DNA of 64,000 nt from Eledone cirrhosa (Eukaryota): the NCBI GenBank assembly GCA_964016885.1, contig OZ024741.1, positions 225,494,001 to 225,558,000 of the forward strand, in the 5' to 3' direction. Positions 1 through 9,743 of the stretch are shown one piece after another. The notes beneath the pieces were generated by a model. That model was not told where the DNA came from, did no database searches, and worked only from the letters and a program-made list of their open reading frames with translations. How positions within the stretch are numbered: the stretch's first letter is position 1; each line of letters begins with the position of its first letter. The translations under genes and the position numbers were made by a program.

Positions 1-72
1 CGGGAGAGAGAAACAGTGATAGAGAGTGAAAGAAGCAAAAATAGGGAAAGAGATATAGAGGAAGAATATATA

Positions 73-190
73 TCAGTATTAGACTGGTACTTTTTTATCG
101 ACCTCAAAAGGATGAACGGCAGAGCTGATCAGAAAGCCGGAACGTTTATCGCACGACGTTCTATCGACTTTGCGAATTCGCCGCCCTTCT
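73..190 (-). mobile_element. Degraded SINE fragment (family 1)
   Basis: CTGGTACTTTTTTATCGACC...AAGGATGAACGGCA is the reverse complement of the SINE core repeated many times in the window. Confidence 0.5.
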
Positions 191-393
191 CATTCATTAA
201 ACCTAATATTAATTCATACATTATATATACATTAAAGGATACTGTATTCAGGTATTTGGAGATGTTATTTTATTAAGAAAATTAGTGTATGCCTATCTAA
301 AAGGACTTATTAGAAAACCAATGAAATAAAATTTCCAAATTCCAGAACACAATATCACCTATTATTCTTTCGATTGGCAATATCGGACGGGCG

Positions 394-395
<2 letters not shown>

Positions 396-424
<29 letters not shown>

Positions 425-478
425 TGTATGTATGTATGTATGTACGTATGTATGTATGTATGTATGTATGTATGTATG
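396..478 (+). repeat. (ATGT)n microsatellite
   Basis: Direct reading; source of the spurious MYVC ORFs. Confidence 0.95.
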
Positions 479-1898
479 TGAACCAAATATCTATGTGTAT
501 GGTAAACGGCTTGGGGTGGTTGATCAGTTTGTCTACCTGGGAAAGACTGTCAATCGATACAGCAACCTTAATAGTGAAATCTCACTTAGGATTAGGAAAG
601 CAAGTGATGCTTTCAGAAAGCTAGAAAGGCGACTCTGGGGTCGGCGAGACATATGCAAGAAGACAAAGGTAAAGGTGTACAAGGCATGTGTGCTCTCTTC
701 TCTTCTTTATGCCTACGAGACCTGAGTCACATATCGACACCACCTTAAGCAATTGGAGCGTTTCCATCAGATGTGTCTCAGACGCATCCATGGCGTTCAC
801 TGGAGGGACCACATCTGTGATCTCGAGATTTTGGAAAGCTCTCTGTGTGACAGTATAGAAGCTCTTGTGCTTAAGCATCGACTCTGTTGGGGTAGTCACC
901 TTGCCAGGATTAAGGATTCTAGAATACCAAAACAACTCTTTTATGGAGAGTTAGTTAAAGGAAAACGACCGCCACATTAGCCAAAAAAGAGGTATAAGGA
1001 TTCCTTGAAAGTCTCTCTGAAAGACGCTAACATCTCTGCTGATACATGGGAAAATATTGCTGCTGATCGTAATAAATGGAGAAAGACTGTATATGAGGGA
1101 AAAGTTGCCTTTGAGGCATCTCGAATCGTATACGAGAAAGTAAAGCGGGATGTGAGGAAGAGCATTGCTGTTGCACTTCCAGACGGCGAGGGTCCTCCTA
1201 TGGTGCTGACATGCAGCGTCTGTGCGAGACTCTGCCTAAGCAAAGCTGGACCCGAAAGTCATCTTTGCAGTCATAAAGTAGGACCAGTGGTTGACTACCA
1301 GGCTGCTGTTGGAGGTGCTACTCATCATGCTTGCCAAGCATGTGGTAGAGAATGTAATTCAGCAGGAGGGCTCAAATGACATGCAAAAGTACACGAACTC
1401 CAACCACAGCCGGCTATTCCCAGTGAATGTTTTGGTTGCCGAGTCTGTGCAAGACATTTCAGATAATTGGCTGGGCTAAAAAGCCACATTCGATCGCAGC
1501 GCTGTTAATTGCTATCGTGTGTGTATAGATATGTTTATGTGTGTGCGTGTATGTGTATATATATATATATGTATATTATTATTGGGGGATTAGCAGTATC
1601 GCTAGAGGGTCGGATGCCATGCTTTGACGCATAGAGTTACTGCCCTTGCCATTCTGAGATCAAACCCCGCCAAGGTTAACTTTGCCTTTCATCCTTACGG
1701 GGTCGATAAAATAAAGTACCAGTAATACACTGGGTAGTTGCTGGCCTTGTGCCAAAAGTAGAAACAATTATTATTGTTGTTATCGTTATTATTAGTGTTG
1801 TTATTATTATTATTATTGTTATTAATATATATATATATATTTATATTTTTCTTTCTCGTGCAATGGCCACACTCGATAACGAGGGGGTAGCCATCATC
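479..1898 (+). mobile_element. 5'-truncated RTE/BovB-type LINE (RT C-terminal region, 3 C2H2 fingers, 3' UTR interrupted by a SINE)
   Basis: VDQFVYLG...EISLRIRKASDAF...KVKVYKACVLSSLLYAYET, ERFHQMCLRRI, RIPKQLFYGEL; in-frame stops; ORF ends about 1506; 3' stem-loop ATGGC..CTCGATAACGAG..GCCATC at about 1863-1895 followed by (ATGT)n. Confidence 0.9.
1585..1770 (+). mobile_element. tRNA-derived SINE, family 1 (Deu/Nin-like core)
   Basis: A-box-like GGCAGTATCGGTAG and B-box-like GAGTTCAAATCCC in the family consensus, core GCCTTTCATCCTTACGGGGTCGATAAAATAAAGTACCAG; more than 10 copies in the window. Confidence 0.85.
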
Positions 1899-1946
1899 AT
1901 GTATGTATGTATGTATGTATGTATGTATGTATGTATGTATGTATGT

Positions 1947-2500
1947 ATGGTCGGGTCGTTGTCGAGTAAACTGGCAACCCCACCAAGGTTTCTTGGTGAG
2001 GAGGGTGACTTTGGACATCCTGCAGGACTAAAAACAAAACCTGTCAAAGGGCAAAGGAGCTCTTAAGAGTCAATGGCCATCCAAAATCACCGGGAGAGAT
2101 GACCCCTTAGCCTTTGTCAAGGCAGAATTCTAGGAGAAGGAAAACTCTGATATAACACCTGCAACCCTGATGGTATCCAATGATGTTGACTTGTTCTTCT
2201 TTTTGGTAAATATCATCTTGGTTAAGAGAGTGGGACTGGCTTTGTGCAGTGCCTTTGCTCACTATAAAAGCTTCACAGCACAGGCATTGCTTTATATCTG
2301 TAGATCTCTCTGCACTTGTCGTCACATGGTACCATGGGCCCAGCACTGTGTGTCAATAATTGTCACAAGTGTAGTGTATGTACCAGAGTTTTCAAGTCGC
2401 TGGCTGGACTAAAAAGTCACACTCGTTCAGTGCATCAGTAGGGGTTCTCTTAAATGGATATAAAGTAGTGGCTGTACTCGAGAACGAGTTGGCAGCCACC
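1947..2500 (+). mobile_element. Non-autonomous RTE-derived element, family A (5'-truncated)
   Basis: Near-identical to copies at 18050 and 19014; RTE-type GGAGAAGGAAAACTCTGAT motif; 3' end encodes one C2H2 finger (CSVCTRVFKSLAGLKSH); (ATGT)n on both sides. Confidence 0.85.
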
Positions 2501-2596
2501 CTGTATGTATGTATGTATGTATGTATGTATGTATGTATGTATGTATGTATGTATGTATGTATGTATGTATGTATGTATGTATGTATGTATGTATGT

Positions 2597-3047
2597 ATGC
2601 TGCTGATCGTAATAAATGGACAAAGACTGTATATGAGGGAAAAGTTGCCTTTGAGGCATCACGAATCGCATACGAGAAAGTAAAGCGGGATGTGAGGAAG
2701 TGCATCGCTCTGGCACTTCCAGACGGAGAAGGTCCTCCTATGGTGCTGACATGCAGCGTCTGTGCGAGACTCTGCCTAAGCAAAGCTGGACTCGAAAGTC
2801 ATCTTCGCAGTCATAAAGTAAGACCAGTGGTTGACTACCAGACTGCTGTTGGAGGTGCTACTCATCATGCTTGCCAAACATGTGGTAGAGAATGTAAATC
2901 AGCAGGAGGGCTCAAACGACATGCAAAAGTACACGAATTCCAACCACAGCCGGCTATTCCCAGTGAATGTTTTGGTTGCCGACTCTGTGCAAGACATTTT
3001 AGATCATTGGCTGGGCTAAAAAGCCACATTCGATCGCAGCGCTGTTA
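2597..3047 (+). mobile_element. RTE LINE 3' fragment with an open triple C2H2 finger region; 3' UTR continues to about 5889 around nested Dong insertions
   Basis: CSVCARLCLSKAGLESHLRSH / CQTCGRECKSAGGLKRHAKVH / CRLCARHFRSLAGLKSHIRSQRC; tail stem-loop found at about 5853-5889. Confidence 0.9.
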
Positions 3048-3189
3048 GTTGCTATCGTGTGTGTGTGTGTGTGTGTGTATAGATATGCTTATTTGTGTGC
3101 GTGTATGTGTATATATATATGTATATGTATATTATTATTGTTGTTGTCGTTATTATTATTGTTGTTATTATTATTATTATTATTATTAT

Positions 3190-3382
3190 TTGCATTTATC
3201 TTGCTTTATGTTTATACGAGTTATCACCAAGTCACAACCAGTGACCTCAAGAGACAACAAGGTCCGCCATGTTCAAGAAAGAACATACATATTCACACAT
3301 GCATCCTTAGTGTTTAGACTTGTGATGTACTTATATTGACAGGATCTTCCTTAGTATATGGGCAGTTCCCATTAGTACTATC
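3190..3382 (-). mobile_element. Short 3' fragment of an R4/Dong-like element in (TAA)n
   Basis: Minus strand reads VLMGTAHILRKILSI*, homologous to LLGTARTLRYVLNI* of the adjacent element; (TTA)n on both sides. Confidence 0.7.
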
Positions 3383-3413
3383 TTTATTATTATTATTATT
3401 ATTGTTATTGTTA

Positions 3414-5633
3414 TTCCTTGAATCTCAGTCATTGATGTTGGTTAACTGGAAAGTCCGTTGGATTGAATATCAAGCCACTACCTGCAGCCTCAGATATTCA
3501 GGACGTATCGGAGGGTTCTTGCTGTTCCAAGCAAGCATGCCTTTTGAAGCGTTCCAAAAAGCGTGAAGGGGCCGATTTTCTTTAACCATCCCTGGAAACC
3601 TTTGGAGATAGTCCCCAGTGCGCCTATGACAATCGGGATCACTTTGACTTCATGGCAGTTCCAAATCCTTTTCACCTCCCACTTTAGGTCCTGGTATCGG
3701 TTAATTTTCTCCCTCTCCTTCTCTTGCACTCTCGTGTCGAACGGGCAGGCCACATCCACAATCATGCACGATCTTTTTTCTTTGTCCATAACCACCAGGT
3801 CAGGTCTATTGTGTTCCAGTTTTTTGTCCGTCTGTATCCTAAAATCCCACAGCACCTTCACCTGACTGTTCTCCATCACCGCCTCTGGCCTATGCTCATA
3901 CCATTTCTCAGAATGTGGTAGATTGTTTACTTTGCACAGGTGCCAGTGGATCACCCTGCCCATCACATCGTGTCTCCAGCCCTTATAGTGGGTCTGGGCT
4001 AGGTGTTTACACTCGGACACAATGTGAGCCACAGTCTCCTCTCTCTCTCCACAGATCCTGCACAGTAGGCTAGCCTCCTCCTTGTAGATATGGTGCTTCA
4101 ACCACTTCGTTTTGAGGGCCTGCTCCTGCGCAGCCATTAGCATTCCTTCTGTAGCCTTTTTGAGGTCTCCTCTTCTCAACCAGTTCCATGTCTGTGGATC
4201 TCTAAATTCAGTTTTCTCAAAGAAGGTACTATGAAGGGATTTTCCCTTAAGGCTGCTCTTCCTCCTTGATGTTATTTCCTCCTTGGACATCCCCTGGCCT
4301 ACTGTCCCCTCCTTCAGTACAGTTCTGAGCATTGGCTCCTTACTATAGGTCACGTATTTGTATAGGTTGTTTTTCTCCATCTGAACACAGTCCTCTATGC
4401 TGATAAGACCTCTTCCACCCTCAGATCTCCTTAGGTAGAGTCTATCGACATCACTCCTCTTGTGGAACATGTTGTAGATAGTCAATAGCTTCCTAGTCTT
4501 CCTATCCATTTCTTTTTGTTCAGCAACATTCCATCTCAGAATTCCCGCACTGTACCTAATAATAGACACAGCTCGGGAATTTACTGCGCTTATGGCATTT
4601 CTGCTGTTCAGATGTGACTTCAATACGCTCCTTACTCTCCGAATGTATTCAGTTCTTAACAATTCCTTCATTTTTTTTGTTCTTTATGCCATCAGCCTCC
4701 AGAACGCCCAAATACTTGTATCCTTCCTCAGAGTCAATTTCCTTTATCATCTCACCTGTTGGTATCTGGATCCCGTTACTTCTGCTCAACCTACCCTTCT
4801 TCATCACAATGACTCCACATTTACCAATACCAAACTGCATACATATATCACTGCTGAAAATACGGACAGTGTCAACAAGCACATCCAACTCCTTCTCACT
4901 TTTCCCGAAGAGCTTAAGATCGTCCATGAAGAGGAGGTGATTGATGGTAAGCTCTCCCCTTCCCAACTTGTATCCTGCTCTCACTTTTCGCAGCATAATG
5001 GTCAAGGGCATCAGGGCAAGGACAAACAACAGAGGGGACAGGCTATCTCCCTGGAAGATACCTCTCTTGATCTTCACGCTTCCCAAGGATACTCCAGTTG
5101 ATGTCAACTCTGTCTCCCAGGACCCCATACTCCTGCCCAGCAACTGTCTGATGTTATCTGCCACCCTGAAGACCTACAGGCTTTTGGTGATCCAGGAATG
5201 AGGCACCATGGCAAATGCCTTTCTGTAGTCTATCCATCCCATGGCAAGATCAGTGTGTCTCCTCCTGCAATTCCCCATTACCATCTTATCAATAAGCAAC
5301 TGGTCCTTTGTACCACGTGACTTCTTTCGGCATCCTTTCTGTTCGTCCGGTAACAAGTTGTTTGTGTGGAGGTGATGGTAGATTTCCTCAGACACGATGC
5401 TCGTCAACAGTTTCCACATTACGGGCAGACATGTGATAGGTCTATAGTTGGTAACATCATTACCCTTGATTCGGTCTTTCATTATCAGAACTGTGGTACC
5501 TTTTGTCAACCACTCTGGCACCTCACCCGACACCAAGCAGTCATTGAACATGGCCGTCGGCTTCGGGTGGAGGGATGTTAAATGTTTAATCCAATACCCC
5601 TGCACACCATCTGGGCCTGGTGATTTCCAGTTG
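3414..5633 (-). mobile_element. R4/Dong-clade non-LTR retrotransposon (RT, CCHC, restriction-like endonuclease), 5'-truncated, frameshifted
   Basis: PGPDG, NYRPITCL, WIDYRKAF, GIFQGDSLSP, HLLFMDDLKL, CRIC...HIVSEC, RHD, NRPDLV...VDVACP...EKINRYQDL; flanked by (TTA)n. Confidence 0.92.
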
Positions 5634-5710
5634 GTTATTATTATTATTATTATTATTATTAATATTATTATTATTATTGTTATTAATGTATGTGTGTGTG
5701 TGTGTGTGTG

Positions 5711-5793
<83 letters not shown>

Positions 5794-5947
5794 TTTAATT
5801 TTTTAATTTTTTTAATTTATTTATTAATTTTTCTTTTTTTTCTCCTCGTGCAATCGCCATACTCGATAACGAGGGGGCAGCCATCATCATGTATGTATGT
5901 ATGTATGTATGTATGTATGTATGTATGTATGTATGTATGTATGTATG

Positions 5948-5975
<28 letters not shown>

Positions 5976-5980
<5 letters not shown>

Positions 5981-6172
5981 GTTTTGGTTGCCGACTCTGT
6001 GCAAGACATTTTTGATCATTGGCTGGGCTAAAAAAGCCACATTCGATCGCAGCGCTGTTAGTTGCTATCGTGTGTGTGTGTGTGTGTGTGTAGATATGCT
6101 TATGTGTGTGCGTGTGTGTGTATATATATATGTATAAGCATATTATCATTGTTGTTGTCGTTATTATTATTG

Positions 6173-6228
<56 letters not shown>

Positions 6229-6290
6229 GTTATTAATGTATGTGTGTGTACATGTGTGTGAGTATGTATGTGTGTGTGTATATATGTATG

Positions 6291-6335
<45 letters not shown>

Positions 6336-6430
6336 CTTTTTTTTTCTTTTTATTTATTTATTATTATTATTTTTTTTTTTCTTTCTCCTCGTGCAATGGC
6401 CATACTCGATAACGAGGGGGCAGCCATCAT
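5976..6430 (+). mobile_element. Very short RTE 3' copy (last finger plus microsatellite-rich 3' UTR)
   Basis: Matches 2966-3047 followed by the same tail stem-loop at about 6395-6430. Confidence 0.85.
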
Positions 6431-6499
6431 ATATGTATGTATGTATATAGGTATGCTTGTATGAATTAATGTATCTAGAATCTCAATATATATATATAA

Positions 6500-6665
6500 T
6501 AATTGTTTCTACTTTTGGCACAAGGCCAGCAATTACCCCAGTACATCACTGGTGCTTTATTTTATCGACCCCGTAAGGATGAAAGGCAAAGTTAACTTCG
6601 GTAGGATTTGAACTCATAACGTAAAGGGCTGTAACTCTATGCTGCAAAGCATGGCGTCTGATGTT
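6500..6665 (-). mobile_element. SINE family 1
   Basis: Reverse complement of 1585-1770. Confidence 0.85.
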
Positions 6666-6744
6666 AAGTCAACAAAGTTAACATTTGCTTCATTTATTCT
6701 GAATAAACGATAAATTCTTACCTTTGACTTATGCTTCATTATTA

Positions 6745-6895
6745 TACTTTGACGCATGGAGTTACGCCCCTTTCCATTCTGAGTTCAAATCCCGCCGAGG
6801 TTAATTTTGCCTTTCATCCTTACGGGGTTGATAAAATAAAAGTACCAGTAATGCACTGGGTAATTGCTGGCCTTGTGCCAAAAGTAGAAACAATT
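6745..6895 (+). mobile_element. SINE family 1 (5'-truncated)
   Basis: Matches 1625-1770. Confidence 0.85.
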
Positions 6896-7175
6896 ATTAT
6901 AATTATACTCCGGAATAAACAGACTTACTTGTATAGATCGGTGAGTGGTGTGTCTAGTACCAGTTATTAACTCACACTTTACCTAATATTGTGTGTGTGC
7001 ATGTGTAGTGTAAAATCTCATCAGAAAATCACACAATTAGACGAATGTATTGAAAAGCAAAAGAACAAACCATATTTAGTAAGAAAAAAGAAAAAAAGGG
7101 AAAACATAAGGAAAGAACGAATAAGGAAATATAAGAAAAGAAAGAGAGAAAGAAAGAAGGAAAAAACAGGAAACT

Positions 7176-7470
7176 GAGGGGGTGACAAAAGCTCTGGTGT
7201 CGCATAAGAGAAGGGGCTGAGGGGGGAGGGTGATTGGGCTTTGGGCCTAGGGCAAGGAGGCAAGAGTGCTGCGCATCGCGAACAAGACGGCAAAAGCATT
7301 CCCCCGGGCGATGTCCAGTGACACCCGCTGCAACGGCCACCCAGCCTGGCGGGGCTCACTTCCTCAGACGAGCCGCCGACGCTTTGATCTTGTGGAGGAG
7401 CTTGGCAGTATGGGGTCCATGTACGCCTGAGGTCTCGATGGCGCAACCGGTGCGAAGAGGAAGCCGCAGG
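7176..7470 (-). mobile_element. 3' fragment of a CRE-clade (RLE) non-LTR element
   Basis: GC-rich island; minus strand reads AIETSGVHGP...GWPLQRVSLDIARGNAFAVL, parallel to AVEASGVLG...WLFQRVSLIILRENAF at 57480-57650. Confidence 0.75.
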
Positions 7471-8079
7471 ATTAAAAAAAAACAAATAGACGAATATCCA
7501 GCTGCATCATTACACCCACCTGGCGTGTGTAATGCACTTATAATACCAGTTTGAGTGGCAGATGCGGGGACTGCTCTGTTGGTAAAATGCAAGTGACGAT
7601 AGCAAAACAAAGAATGGACAGAAAAATGTATGGTGTCTTTTGACTAAAACAAAGATAAATACATAAAAATGTATTACTAGAAATAAATAGACAGCGGAAT
7701 TTGCATATAAAATGTGCAACATGTGCAACTGGAAAGAATGAAACGTTGAAAAGTTTGACTTCCATCAGGAGAGTGTAGTTAGTTTATGGAGCTGAAAAAA
7801 AGTGGTCCGCTACCGACCAAAGCTAAGATACAAAAACACAAAGGAAGGGCGAAATATACGTAATTCAAAATGAGAGAACACTTGACATGCGCTGACAACC
7901 CCTCATCAACTATTTGAGATCACTACGATTTCAGTGCTTTAAAGTTCGTATCATTCCCTCCAGCGTTCAAAGACAAAACAAGACAACAAAATACGGTAAA
8001 ATAGGTCAGAGCGAATATTTTCGACGAAGTCACATGTAAAACGTAAAAAGTGTACGTACAAACCAGGATGCTGCTGACC

Positions 8080-8128
<49 letters not shown>

Positions 8129-8264
8129 CGCGTGTTTATATATATACACACACACACACACACATATAAAGGAACGATCGACCCTCGTCAAATCGGACCG
8201 AGGGAACAATGTTTCCGTTGGTCTTTCCAATTGCTAATACTATCTATCGGTCGCAACTCCAGGT

Positions 8265-8390
8265 AGAAGGAGCAACGTGAAATAAAGTGTCTTGCTCAAG
8301 GACATAACGCATCACCTGGTCCAGGAATCGAACTCACGACCTTACGATTGCGAATCCAATTCTCTAACTACTCAGCTACACGCCTTCACT

Positions 8391-8441
<51 letters not shown>

Positions 8442-8558
8442 GTGTGTGTTATAGTGAAGGCGTGTGGCTGAGTGGTTAGAGAATTGGATTCGCAATCGTA
8501 AGGTCGTGAGTTCGGACCAGGTGATGCGTTATGTCCTTGAGCAAGACACTTTATTTCA
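8265..8558. mobile_element. Inverted pair of tRNA-derived SINE family 2 heads (foldback centred on CA/TA repeat)
   Basis: 8458-8558 GGCGTGTGGCTGAGTGGTTAGAG...GTGAGTTCG...CCTTGAGCAAGACACTTTATTTC is the reverse complement of 8279-8386, including flanking ATAGTGAA. Confidence 0.85.
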
Positions 8559-8574
8559 TATATATATATATATG

Positions 8575-9125
8575 TTTAAAATTGGTGGTTTACCACTGGA
8601 TAGAATTGGTCATTCTGCAATGTTAACCTTGACGTGATATGAGAAAAGCACTCGACGTTATGCAACTCATCCATCTTCAATGTTGAGTCATGTTGGTGGT
8701 GCGGGAACAGAGTAAATGTATTATAAAATGAAATGATAGGAGGCCAAATATGTTGAATTTCCTTAATTTTTTTATTACTGTAAACACTATGCACATTTCA
8801 GTGACCAGGTTGCGTAAGAACCCAGTGACATCATCAGGTGCAAATTGTGTAATAGATGTATACCAACGGAATGATGGTGAGTTTTAAGGAAACAAGCAAA
8901 GAAAGAAAAAGACAGAGGAAAAAGTGTGTGCTATGAGACGGACGAGCAATGTGGCAGCCTACTACTACACCCATCCCTGAGTCAAAAACATAGCACACAC
9001 TTTTTCCTCTCTCTTTTTTCTTTGCTTGTTTCCTTAAAACTCACCATCATTCCGTTGGTATACATCTATTACACAATTTACACCTGATTAGGTCAGCGGG
9101 TTCTTACGCAACCTGGTCACTGAAA
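8575..9125 (-). mobile_element. Dispersed repeat with partial inverted duplication and hammerhead-like motif (probable Penelope-like terminal repeat)
   Basis: Second copy at about 56955-57360; 8794-8935 is inverted at 8990-9125. Confidence 0.65.
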
Positions 9126-9450
9126 TATATATATATATATGTATGTATATATATATATGTGTGTGTGTGTGTGTGATTTACGTCCTTTGTAATGTACCAT
9201 ATTCTTCTCGATATAAGCTTACAAAATAACACCGGTTGCGTCGCTTGTGTTCAACAAGAACATAAGCGGTCAACCACGGGAGATAAACATAAACGAAAAA
9301 TATTGTTCGAAAGACTGCAAAGAAAATCGTTTTGAAAAAGCTGTGAATGCTGCTGAAATCGGTAATGTGTGTGTGTGGGGGGTGTGTATGTGTGTGTGAG
9401 AGAGATAGAGAGAGAGGGAGAGAGAGGGAGAGAGAGAAAGAGAAGGAGAA

Positions 9451-9492
<42 letters not shown>

Positions 9493-9743
9493 TGTGTGTT
9501 GTGACAGGCTTCTGTTATTTGCATCTCAAATTCCAATCGCTAAATCTTGAAACTACAGTAAAAGGCATTTTTCCAAAATAACCTGCAGTGGGATCGAACC
9601 TGCAACCCTATAGCTGCAATGTGATCTTAAAAAACATAAATCTACCTACACTACATTTATATTCATCCTTCAAAGTACTTAGGTTTATGCATATGTATCT
9701 ATATACATATGAACGTGAGCAAGTATGTATGTATGTATGTATG

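Noticed and set aside
2509-3048. Host C2H2 zinc-finger gene
   Set aside because: Fingers are contiguous with RTE RT sequence in other copies, and the ORF start lies in a microsatellite
8458-8530. tRNA gene (also 56608-56680)
   Set aside because: A and B boxes present but no proper acceptor stem, and the sequence continues into a SINE body
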